55,732 bases of DNA from a virus (Duplodnaviria; Caudoviricetes): positions 1-55,732 of the IMG/VR virus record IMGVR_UViG_3300021959_000051. One strand, written 5' to 3'. The notes beneath the pieces were generated by a model. It was not told where the DNA came from. It made no database searches and worked only from the letters and a program-made list of their open reading frames with translations. The position numbers and the translations under genes are program-made. Positions 29,788 to 38,809 of the stretch are shown one piece after another. Each line of letters begins with the position of its first letter. Positions within the stretch are counted from its first letter, which is position 1.

Positions 29788-30603
29788 TTATTTCATACCA
29801 TTATTTATAATAGTTCTACGTTCTATATCTTCTTCAATACATTTATTTCCATACTGTACTTCAAGTATATGACATGGTTTGTCATAAGGATTGTAAGCTC
29901 TATGCCAATCTTCCTTATGTATAACATAAGTCTGATGTTCTTTTAAAGCTATTGTTTCATCTCTGCCAGCATTAGTTTGGATAATATCCCCATGCTCAAT
30001 ATCTATCTTTAACATTCCTTCAAGAACGTACCAATGTTCGCTTCTATGAAAATGTTTTTGATCTGAAAGAGACTTGCCAGGATTAATTACTAGCTCCTTA
30101 GCTTTGACAGTACCTTTATCATCAAGTACTCGCCAATACCCCCATTCTCGTTCTGTCTTTTGAGTCTTCCACTCATCAAGAATCCAACTACTAGAATTCT
30201 TTTTATTGTTTCCACCAACACCAAATACAAATCCTATACTGCCTTGATCAGCCAAAGATCTAGCGTACTCTACTTCTGGAGTCGACCCCTTATGTCTATC
30301 TCCTCCGTTAGCAAATATAATTTGTGAACCTTTTGGAAAGTTTTCTCTAATATGGTTAATAGCATTTACTGCATGATCTTCGCTATCATCAAAAGCAAAA
30401 GACATACCAACACCTTTAATATTGTTGACTATATCTAATCTTTCTTCAATAGGCATGAACGGTCTACCTTTTTTTCGAGTTAGCCACTCATCACTATTTA
30501 CTCCTACACATAGGATATCTCCAAGCTTTTTAGCTTCTTGAAAATACTTTACATGTCCAGAGTGAAGGGGATCAAAGCCCCCTGTCACTAAAACAACTTT
30601 CAT
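29788..30603 (-). CDS. Cytidylyl/adenylyltransferase (TagD/RfaE-II family) fused to a mannose-6-phosphate-isomerase-type cupin
   Basis: TGGFDPLHSGH (HxGH), GVNSDEWLTRKKGRPF, FANGGDR; C-terminal REWGYW...SDQKHFHRSEHW...LEVQYG...EEDIER. Confidence 0.9.
   Translation of the reverse strand: MKVVLVTGGFDPLHSGHVKYFQEAKKLGDILCVGVNSDEWLTRKKGRPFMPIEERLDIVNNIKGVGMSFAFDDSEDHAVNAINHIRENFPKGSQIIFANGGDRHKGSTPEVEYARSLADQGSIGFVFGVGGNNKKNSSSWILDEWKTQKTEREWGYWRVLDDKGTVKAKELVINPGKSLSDQKHFHRSEHWYVLEGMLKIDIEHGDIIQTNAGRDETIALKEHQTYVIHKEDWHRAYNPYDKPCHILEVQYGNKCIEEDIERRTIINNGMK
29802..29809 (-). promoter_or_regulatory. Late promoter TATAAATA inside the 3' end of the nucleotidyltransferase gene
   Basis: Exact motif 45 nt upstream of ATG 29757. 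Confidence 0.75.
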
Positions 30604-30613
30604 AATTACTCCA

Positions 30614-33600
30614 TTATATTTTAGATTTCAACTCATTAATTTGATGCTGTTGATCTTGAACTGCTTGTACAAGGAAGGCAATAATCTGTGAATAATTAAC
30701 AACCTTCTTACCTTCTATATTAGTCGATACTGCTTCAGGAATCAACTGTTCTAGTTCCTGAGCGATGACACCGTAAGACTTTTTACCATCTTTCTTCCAA
30801 GTAAAGCTAACAGGATTAATACTATTAACAATATCTAAACCATCATCAATTGTTTCAATGTTTTCTTTGAGTGTTACATCTGATGTAGCATTAAAGTCAA
30901 CTGCACTTACTTGTCCACCACTATTTATACTATAGCTTAGAGCTGGTATTCTCATTGCCGTGATATTAGCATCACCTAATGTAATTTCATTTGATACTGT
31001 AGCTGATGATGGTTGAGCATTATAACCAAGTGCTATAATATTTGACCCTGTTGTGAGAGTACAGCCAGCATTAGTTCCTAAGGATGTGTTGTTAAGACCT
31101 GTAGTAGTATTATATAATGCGAATCTACCAACAGCTGTGTTACAGCAACCAGAAGTTGACATATTTAAAGCAAAATTACCAACTGCTGTAGATTGCCTTT
31201 GATAAGTAGCGTTATACATCGCACTAACGCCTACAGCAACGTTATTACTACCGTTTCCTGTACCAGCTTTACCGGCATTTACTCCTACAAATATATTATT
31301 ATCACCAGCACTTAATCCACACCCTGCAAGATAACCAATAGCTGTATTACACTGCCCATAACGTGATTGATTACGTAATGCACATGTACCTATAGCAATA
31401 GAAGCGTTTTGAACTGGATAGTCTGTTATTGCTCCTAGTGCATCTGTACCAATAGCAATTCCACCAACACCAGTTGTAACAGAGCCTAGAGCTCCTCCAC
31501 CTACAGCAATATTACTAGTACCAGTAGTGAGAGCATCAAGAGTAGAAGACCCTATAGCTATGTTTAAATTACCAGAAGATCCACAGCGCATAGCTCTATG
31601 ACCGATAGCAATGTTTTGTGAACCGGGTTGATTACCTTCATGAGCCTGCCAACCAATTGCAACACCGTATTTTGTTGTAGTGCCTAGACGGTTATATTGA
31701 CCGAGAGTGGAGTTACCATACCCTGTAGTTACTCTACATGCTGCTTGAGTACCTATAGTAGTGCTTGGAGCTGTATTAGTGCTGTTATATCCTGCTTGGC
31801 ATCCAATAGATACTTGATATCTAGTATTAGTACCACATTTGTTAGCTTCATAACCTATAGATATGTTACCATATCCTTGTGCATTAGATTCTAATGCACT
31901 CATTCCTATAGCAATGTTCCGGATACCAGTAGTATTAGAAAGTAAAGAATATACACCCACTGCAACATTACTATGACCAGATGTATTAAGTTCTAATGCC
32001 CGAGTACCAACTGCTACGTTACTGCAACCTGTAATGTTGCTGCGCATTGCACAAGAACCAACAGCAGTGTTTTGCTTGTTTAGAGTTCCAACTCCTAATT
32101 GTAGAGTACATGCACCTACAGCAACGTTATCTTTACCATCTGTATTGGCACATAAGGCGTTTCTACCAACCGCAACATTATCTAGACCTACTGTATTAGC
32201 TCTTAGACTGTAGTATCCAACTGCAGTATTATACCCTCCTGTAGTATTAAAGTACATGGATTGATAACCAACCGCTGTATTACCAGCAGCAGTAATAGAA
32301 TTATTTAAAGTACTGGTACCCAAAGCAGTATTGTAGTTACCGCAAATATTATAACCTGCATAATGTCCAACTGCTGTGTTACCATTACCTCCAATATTAT
32401 CCACTAGAGCACCTGAACCGATAGCTACATTGTATGCGCCAGTAGTTGCATTTGCTAGAGATAACCATCCAACTGATGTATTCATACCATATGATGTTGT
32501 AACCGCTGCTTGTGATTTCCTACCAACAGCAGTTGAATAAGATGCGCCATTTAGGTTACGCATTGCCCATTGACCAACTGCTACGTTACCTGCACCTGTT
32601 GTGTTTGTATATAGTGCACACTCACCTAAAGCAGTGTTTTCATTATTAGTACCATCATCATTAGCTAATGCATTAGATCCAAGACCGATTGTATGAGTAC
32701 CATGAGTAACTCCATCACTTAGATCATCAACAGCAGATGCGCCGCCACCACTAGAAGCGGCAGCTAGTACGAGCGATGTACCGTTGTAACACATTATATG
32801 ACCTGATGAAGCACCAGATTGTAGTCCAGGAATCCTAAACGCTGTAATGTTAGCATCACCTAGCGTGATTTCATTAGAAGTTGTAGCCGATGTTGCTTGA
32901 GCATTATAACCTAAAGTTAGATTATTACATCCACTAGAAATGGTCCTACCAGCCTCTGCACCAACCGCTGTATTGCACCTACCAGTTGTTACAACACACA
33001 AAGTTGCATACCCAAAACCAGTATTTAGTTGACATTTTGATTGTCTCAGAGAGCCATACCCTACAGCAGTATTACAAGAACCAGTTATATTAGCACCCAA
33101 GGTTTGCATACCAACAGCTACGTTTAACCAACCTGTAGTATTTGCTGACAGCGCAGTATCACCAACCGCAGTATTCCTAGCACCACACACGTTTGATTTT
33201 AATGCGTTATATCCTACAGCTGTACCGTAGTTTGCTTGGTTAGAATTTAAAGAACAATGTCCTAGTGCAGTGTTTCTTTTACCAACAGTGATTAATTGTA
33301 ATGATTTAAACCCTACAGCGGTATTGCAAGAGCCTGTTGTATTTGAAACTAATGCAGAAGAGCCAACGGCAGTGTTAAAACAGCCAGTAGTGTTAGCTTG
33401 CATAGCAAAAGTACCAAGAGCAGTATTGCATGAACCATGAGTTGTAAACAATAAAGCATTAGTTCCAACAGCTACGTTTTCATGCCCTGTTACGCTATTT
33501 TTAAGTGCGAAAGAACCTACAGAGGTATTATAATTTCCGGTGGTGTTAGCACACCCGGCATTGTAACCTACTGCTACGTTATCTGTACCAATAGTATTAT

Positions 33601-36600
33601 TACGCGAGCCATACATACCAATTGCAGTATTACGTTGACCTGTTGTATTGTTACGAAGTGTGCCATGGCCAACAGCCATAGATCCATAACCAGTTGTAGT
33701 ATTCAGCATTGAATACATACCAATAGCTATATTATTATTGTGAACTGAATTACTTGCATATGAACCTATTTTGTGTAATGCATAATATCCTATAGCAACG
33801 TGACTAATACCGGCACCGCATGATGCCCCCATTGCTCCAGATCCAAGAATAACATTATAGTTAGATCCGTTAGATCCAGATAACTTACACCCTGCATTAT
33901 GACCTAAAACAACGTTATGAGTACCAGTGGAAATACTGCATAGAGCTGAGTGGCCTGCAACGACATTATTCGTACCAGTAACACTGCTGTTTAGAGCTGA
34001 ATGTCCAATAGCAACATTACAATTTGTAGTTCCATCATCATTTGCTAGAGCGTTGGTACCTAGACCTAATGATGATACATCAGGTGATTTACCATCAGAT
34101 AGACCATCAATGTTTGATGCTCCGCCGCTGCTTGCAGCTGCTAGAACCAATGAAGTGCCATTGTAGCACATTACGTGCCCTGACGATGCTCCTGCTTGTA
34201 GTCCGGGAAGACGAAATACTGTGTGCGCTGTTGAACCTAGAGTAATCTCATTAGATGTAGTAGACGATGTAGCTTGTGCGTCTTTTCCTAAAACAATATT
34301 GTTGGCACCAGTTGTTAGTGTACACCCAGCTTTATAACCTAAAAGAGCATTATTGCCCCCACTTGTGATTGCACACCCAGCCAGAGCGCCAACAGCAACG
34401 TTAACATCGCCATTACCCACAGTCTTTAAGGTGTATGGACCAATTGCTACGTTACAGCTTGTATAATTACTATTACCCACACCCATTGCACATAAGCCAA
34501 TAGCAACATTTTCTAGAGGACTTGTATGAGTTTTTAATGCATCTTTACCAATAGCAACGTTACCGGTACATATACAGTTACCCATAAGAGCTTGATGACC
34601 TACAGCCGTATTATCATTTCCTGTAGTTTGCTTACATGCTGCTCTATAACCAACTGCTGTAGTTCGACTACCACCTGAATTTTGATGTAATCCATAAACA
34701 CCGACTGCTACGTTATTACATCCAGTAGTTGTAGAAATAGCCGATTGCCAACCGAGAGCAGTGTTCATTCCACCTGTTGTAATATTAGTTAATGATGTAT
34801 CACCAACTGCTGTATTATATGAACCTGTAGTAGTATCATATAAAGCTTTATAACCAATAGCTGTGTTTGACTGACCACCGGTGCCGGTTTGCAAAGCAGA
34901 ACCACCTACAGCTGTATTAAATCTACCAGTAGTATTACCATACAGCGCTGCGTCACCAATAGCAATGTTTTGACACCCTGTAGTATTTTTACGTAGTGCG
35001 TATGAACCAACAGCAACGTTACATTTGCCTATAGTATTAAGCTGTAAAGCACAAGCACCTAGGGCAGTATTTCTTTCACCGGTTGTATTAGAGCATAATG
35101 ATTGATAACCAACACTAGTATTATAGTCAGCTCCTGTGTTTGCATACATAGAACACATACCAACTGCAGTATTATAATTTCCTGTAGTACTGGTATGAAG
35201 AGCATATGAGCCAACTGCAGTATTATTAGTTCCAGTTCTGTTTGAAAATAAAGCTCTGTGTCCCACTGCGACTATATTATTAATATTGCGAATGTTAAAC
35301 GCTGCTTCTTTACCTACTATAGTGTTATTGCTGCCCGAGACATATTTTCCTGCTGACAATCCTACTGCAACGTTGCCAGTACCAGCTGTACCTCCGTTCG
35401 CAGCAGAATACCCAATTATAGTATTACATTGACCACCGGCATTGAGTTTCATGGCTCCGGTACCAACCGCAACATTAAATCTTGCAGTTATTGCATCACA
35501 CATTGCTTCATTACCTATAACGGTATTATGAGTACCTGTAGTGTTACCATGTAGAGCGTGGGTACCTACAGCTGTGTTCTGTACACCAGTTGTAGTATCT
35601 TTCATTGCGCAATAGCCGACAGCAGTATTACACTCACCAATAGTATTAGAATGTAATGAATTAGCACCAAAAGCAGCGTTAAACATACCACAAGTATTTG
35701 CATACATAGAACATTTACCAACAGCAGTATTTGAATTTGATGATCCATCATCATTTGCTAGAGCACTAGATCCCAATCCTATCGATGAAGCATCTGGAGA
35801 TTTACCATCTGATAAGCCATCGATGTTTGTTGCACCACCGCCAGCATCTGCGAAGCTAGTTACACCAGAGCCATTTGTCGTAAGTACTTGTCCATTAGTA
35901 CCATCAGATGTAGGAAGATCATAAGTTTCTGAAATTCGCACAGTAGCAGTTGCATCGCCAATAACAACTTGGTTTGACGTAGTTGTAGTTGCGTTATAAC
36001 CTATAGCGGTTGAAGCTGTATGTGAAGCGGAAGCACTTCTACCAAGAGCAACTGAACTAGTTCCCGCAGCAACTGTAGAGTGTCCTACAGACGTACTACC
36101 AAAACCACTTGCATAAGCACCCCTACCAAGTGCGGTTGCATAAGTATTTCTAGCCTCTGAATTATAACCTAGTGCTGTAGCGGATTCAGTGTTAGCAATA
36201 GAAATATGACCTATTGCTATACTATTCGACGCTGATGCTACTGCCCCACTGCCAATAGCTAATGCATCTAAATTTGATGCTACTGCACTATCCCCAATAG
36301 CAACAGCGTTGGCGCCACTCGCTAAAGGAGTAGTAGCACTTGAAGGATTATCTCGGTAGAGGGCTGGTTCTGCAGAAACCCAATCGTAATCAGATCCATT
36401 CCAGCTTAGAACTTCTCCTGAAGCTGCTGTACTTTGATTTAAATGTGTATTAACTGATGCATCGTTATAACTACCAGCTGCAGTAATAGCAGCGTTAATC
36501 TGAGTCTGAACATTGTCAGAATCAGCAAAGCTCTTAATTACATTTGAGGAGTTTTTATAGTAGAGATTACCATCAGCATAGTTAATGGCTAACTCACCAT

Positions 36601-36670
36601 AATCAAGATCACTAGTCCCAGGAGCATTACTCGAAACGGAGGACTTCTTTAGTTTAATCGTAGCTGTCAT
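30614..36670 (-). CDS. Giant Cys-rich tail fibre, 2018 aa, with C-terminal intramolecular chaperone (peptidase S74-like)
   Basis: N-terminal IKLKKSS...GELAINYADG; 17-aa repeats; C-terminal TSDVTLKENIETI...YGVIAQELE...VNYSQIIAFLVQAVQD; about 52 Cys by manual count. Confidence 0.88.
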   Translation of the reverse strand: MTATIKLKKSSVSSNAPGTSDLDYGELAINYADGNLYYKNSSNVIKSFADSDNVQTQINAAITAAGSYNDASVNTHLNQSTAASGEVLSWNGSDYDWVSAEPALYRDNPSSATTPLASGANAVAIGDSAVASNLDALAIGSGAVASASNSIAIGHISIANTESATALGYNSEARNTYATALGRGAYASGFGSTSVGHSTVAAGTSSVALGRSASASHTASTAIGYNATTTTSNQVVIGDATATVRISETYDLPTSDGTNGQVLTTNGSGVTSFADAGGGATNIDGLSDGKSPDASSIGLGSSALANDDGSSNSNTAVGKCSMYANTCGMFNAAFGANSLHSNTIGECNTAVGYCAMKDTTTGVQNTAVGTHALHGNTTGTHNTVIGNEAMCDAITARFNVAVGTGAMKLNAGGQCNTIIGYSAANGGTAGTGNVAVGLSAGKYVSGSNNTIVGKEAAFNIRNINNIVAVGHRALFSNRTGTNNTAVGSYALHTSTTGNYNTAVGMCSMYANTGADYNTSVGYQSLCSNTTGERNTALGACALQLNTIGKCNVAVGSYALRKNTTGCQNIAIGDAALYGNTTGRFNTAVGGSALQTGTGGQSNTAIGYKALYDTTTGSYNTAVGDTSLTNITTGGMNTALGWQSAISTTTGCNNVAVGVYGLHQNSGGSRTTAVGYRAACKQTTGNDNTAVGHQALMGNCICTGNVAIGKDALKTHTSPLENVAIGLCAMGVGNSNYTSCNVAIGPYTLKTVGNGDVNVAVGALAGCAITSGGNNALLGYKAGCTLTTGANNIVLGKDAQATSSTTSNEITLGSTAHTVFRLPGLQAGASSGHVMCYNGTSLVLAAASSGGASNIDGLSDGKSPDVSSLGLGTNALANDDGTTNCNVAIGHSALNSSVTGTNNVVAGHSALCSISTGTHNVVLGHNAGCKLSGSNGSNYNVILGSGAMGASCGAGISHVAIGYYALHKIGSYASNSVHNNNIAIGMYSMLNTTTGYGSMAVGHGTLRNNTTGQRNTAIGMYGSRNNTIGTDNVAVGYNAGCANTTGNYNTSVGSFALKNSVTGHENVAVGTNALLFTTHGSCNTALGTFAMQANTTGCFNTAVGSSALVSNTTGSCNTAVGFKSLQLITVGKRNTALGHCSLNSNQANYGTAVGYNALKSNVCGARNTAVGDTALSANTTGWLNVAVGMQTLGANITGSCNTAVGYGSLRQSKCQLNTGFGYATLCVVTTGRCNTAVGAEAGRTISSGCNNLTLGYNAQATSATTSNEITLGDANITAFRIPGLQSGASSGHIMCYNGTSLVLAAASSGGGASAVDDLSDGVTHGTHTIGLGSNALANDDGTNNENTALGECALYTNTTGAGNVAVGQWAMRNLNGASYSTAVGRKSQAAVTTSYGMNTSVGWLSLANATTGAYNVAIGSGALVDNIGGNGNTAVGHYAGYNICGNYNTALGTSTLNNSITAAGNTAVGYQSMYFNTTGGYNTAVGYYSLRANTVGLDNVAVGRNALCANTDGKDNVAVGACTLQLGVGTLNKQNTAVGSCAMRSNITGCSNVAVGTRALELNTSGHSNVAVGVYSLLSNTTGIRNIAIGMSALESNAQGYGNISIGYEANKCGTNTRYQVSIGCQAGYNSTNTAPSTTIGTQAACRVTTGYGNSTLGQYNRLGTTTKYGVAIGWQAHEGNQPGSQNIAIGHRAMRCGSSGNLNIAIGSSTLDALTTGTSNIAVGGGALGSVTTGVGGIAIGTDALGAITDYPVQNASIAIGTCALRNQSRYGQCNTAIGYLAGCGLSAGDNNIFVGVNAGKAGTGNGSNNVAVGVSAMYNATYQRQSTAVGNFALNMSTSGCCNTAVGRFALYNTTTGLNNTSLGTNAGCTLTTGSNIIALGYNAQPSSATVSNEITLGDANITAMRIPALSYSINSGGQVSAVDFNATSDVTLKENIETIDDGLDIVNSINPVSFTWKKDGKKSYGVIAQELEQLIPEAVSTNIEGKKVVNYSQIIAFLVQAVQDQQHQINELKSKI

Positions 36671-36697
36671 TTTAGATCCTTAAAAAAGGTGAGTTAA

Positions 36698-36723
36698 AGT
36701 CCAGGTATAAAAATACCCAGACT
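36698..36723 (-). terminator. Intergenic hairpin (terminator or attenuator) upstream of the 2018-aa fibre
   Basis: Minus strand AGTCTGGGTAT-TTTT-ATACCTGGACT, 11-bp stem with two G.U pairs. Confidence 0.55.
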
Positions 36724-36729
36724 GTTTTA

Positions 36730-38172
36730 TTAGAATGTGCCGCCGTCAACTACAGCAAGAGATACTGCGCCAGAGGATACACTGAACTCAGTAGCATTAA
36801 AAGAAGCAACACCTTTGTTAGATGATGTAGCAAGCTCGGCCGCGACTGTCATTTGATTTGAGCCATCAACGTAAGTAAGATCAATACCTTCACCTGCTAA
36901 GAAGAAGTTAGTGGTCAAATGATCTTCAATGGCTTCCATAATTTTTACATCGTTAAATGTAATTGTGTTAGCATCGTTGATACCAGCTTCAATATTAACG
37001 CCGTAGTTAAAGTCCCAAGCTGTATTTGAGTTATCCCATATAATAGTTGGTTTAGTACCTGAGAATTGAGCTCCACCTACTGTAATACCAGCACCATCTG
37101 CTGCAGCTCCACCAGTAGCAGAATCAGCAAGTACAAGATTTAGGTCATTAACAGACATCGTAGTTGAGTTAATGATTGTCTGAGTACCTTGAACCTGAAG
37201 GTTACCACGAACAATTAAATTACCACCATCTGAATCTTCCGGAGCTGGATCGATGTATAGAGTATTTGATCCATCAGTAGAGCTTAGAGTGTTGCCATTT
37301 AACTTTAAGTTATCTACTGTAAGAGATGTTAGTCCTAGAACGTCACCATCTAGATCAACAGTAATAGTCTGACCAGAAGCAGCTGCAGTTAGGTTAGTAC
37401 CACCTGAAACTGTAAGAGATTGAGAGGCAAGCGCTACTGATCCAGATCCAGAGTTACCAGCTGTACTCAAAGTAGTCGTAATTGAAGCTGTTGAAGCAGA
37501 AGTCAATCGACCTTGTGCATCAACTGTAATAACTGGAATAGCAGTTGTACTACCATATGACCCAGCAGTTACCGCGGTATTGTCTAGGTTAAAAGTAGCA
37601 GTATTTGATGTAACAGCAGAGGTTATTCCAGTACCGCCAGCTAATGTAAGAGTTTCAGTAGCCGTTTCAATATTAGTCGTGCCAGTATCACCAGCAACAT
37701 CTAGATCGTTGTTAGCAGCAATAGTTGTATCAACATAAGCTTTTGTAGCAGCGTCTTGAGCACCTGAAGGATCAGTAACATTTATAATACGAGATGTACT
37801 AACATTAACTACACCTGTACCGTTAGGGTCCAGAATAACATTGCCGTTTGTGTCTGTTGAGCTAATAGTATTACCATTAATTGTAATATTATCAACATTA
37901 AGTACATCTATCTTGCTTGAAGCATCTACTAGTAGTGCAGAAGAAGCTGTAAGAGTACCAGGAGTATGATCGAGTAGATTAGCAAAATACTCACCACCAA
38001 TTGATACAATCGATGTTGCAACTCCGTTGCCGTCATCTCCTTTACCGAAGAATAGTCTATCTCCGAGATTTGCGCTAGTACCTGTACCAGCTGAGTATGC
38101 TATTTCACCAGTGGCGAGGGACGATGGAGCCGCGACACCTGTGGATCTTTTTATTCTTATTGTAGCGGCCAT
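36730..38172 (-). CDS. Tail fibre / virion structural protein, 480 aa
   Basis: TIRIKRSTG...LATGEIAYS; VTDPSGAQDAATKAYVD; VTAGSYGS...ITVDAQGRLTSAS; C-terminal DGGTF. Confidence 0.8.
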   Translation of the reverse strand: MAATIRIKRSTGVAAPSSLATGEIAYSAGTGTSANLGDRLFFGKGDDGNGVATSIVSIGGEYFANLLDHTPGTLTASSALLVDASSKIDVLNVDNITINGNTISSTDTNGNVILDPNGTGVVNVSTSRIINVTDPSGAQDAATKAYVDTTIAANNDLDVAGDTGTTNIETATETLTLAGGTGITSAVTSNTATFNLDNTAVTAGSYGSTTAIPVITVDAQGRLTSASTASITTTLSTAGNSGSGSVALASQSLTVSGGTNLTAAASGQTITVDLDGDVLGLTSLTVDNLKLNGNTLSSTDGSNTLYIDPAPEDSDGGNLIVRGNLQVQGTQTIINSTTMSVNDLNLVLADSATGGAAADGAGITVGGAQFSGTKPTIIWDNSNTAWDFNYGVNIEAGINDANTITFNDVKIMEAIEDHLTTNFFLAGEGIDLTYVDGSNQMTVAAELATSSNKGVASFNATEFSVSSGAVSLAVVDGGTF

Positions 38173-38399
38173 TAGAAGCTACCTCCATTTACGTTTTGTT
38201 GTTCTAAATCTAAAGTAGCTTCCCAAAGTGAATTAGATGCATTGTATACTAGTACACTACCGTTTACCTTTGCTGATGTATTAATACCAGTTAATTGATT
38301 AATATTTGAGGTTGCCTCTGTAACATTGCGCACCGGAGTACCAACAACTATTTTTTTTATTAAAGTTGTATTACCAGGAGAGACTGTAATTGATGACAT
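38172..38399 (-). CDS. Small virion protein
   Basis: NGSVLVYNASNSLW and C-terminal NGGSF; TAATG-coupled. Confidence 0.7.
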   Translation of the reverse strand: MSSITVSPGNTTLIKKIVVGTPVRNVTEATSNINQLTGINTSAKVNGSVLVYNASNSLWEATLDLEQQNVNGGSF

Positions 38400-38402
38400 G
38401 CT

Positions 38403-38756
38403 TTACCTCGTTACCGATGGAGTAACCTGAATTCTGCCTTCAAGTACTCTTTCAATTATTGTGTTAGAATCACTATCATTAAATGCTAACTCAACATCAT
38501 ACACATAGCGACCTGCTTTTAGGGCATCTGTTTGAGCATTTGTAAGGGAGATAGTAATTATTCCATCAGTAGCAGGACTAGCAATTACAGAGGCAAATGA
38601 AACTGTGTCGTCACTATCACTAGCATAAGTTTTTTTCAACTTTGAAGTAACGGTGTGACCGGTGAGATCCTTTTTAGATGTATCCTTGTTGATACAATGT
38701 ATCTCTAGTGCTACATCGGCACCTTGGTCGATGGTAAATTCTTCATACTGGGCCAT
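38403..38756 (-). CDS. Conserved T4-like virion protein (probable fibre adaptor)
   Basis: IDQGAD...ISLTNAQTDALKAGRYVYDVE...RVLEGRIQVTPSVTR. Confidence 0.75.
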   Translation of the reverse strand: MAQYEEFTIDQGADVALEIHCINKDTSKKDLTGHTVTSKLKKTYASDSDDTVSFASVIASPATDGIITISLTNAQTDALKAGRYVYDVELAFNDSDSNTIIERVLEGRIQVTPSVTR

Positions 38757-38809
38757 GAAATTCCTCTGATTTCTTTGTCGGACGTTGCCGCCCCTGCTCC
38801 TATTTAGGT

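Larger units (their letters stand above)
22995..34252 (-). repeat. Dispersed ~150-nt module-junction repeat (copies at ~22995-23135, 25285-25451, 26780-26939, 32715-32875, 34100-34252; partial at 30940-30991)
   Basis: Encodes NEITLG..RIPGLQSGASSGHIMCYNGTSLVLAAASGGGG; exact 20-mer ccaggaatcctaaacgctgt at 26890-26909 and 32826-32845. Confidence 0.9.

Noticed and set aside
21720-36670. Diversity-generating retroelement as the source of repeat variability
   Set aside because: No reverse transcriptase in the window, and I saw no template/variable repeat pair differing only at adenines; linker copies differ mainly at synonymous sites.
21720-36670. Codon reassignment explaining the excess Cys
   Set aside because: TGT/TGC encode the expected Cys in radical SAM CxxxCxxC motifs, other virion genes are Cys-poor, and core genes translate normally with the standard code.
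21720-36670. Bacterial trimeric autotransporter or host DNA insertion
   Set aside because: No signal peptide or membrane anchor; the proteins have phage fibre N-termini, an S74-like chaperone and late promoters.
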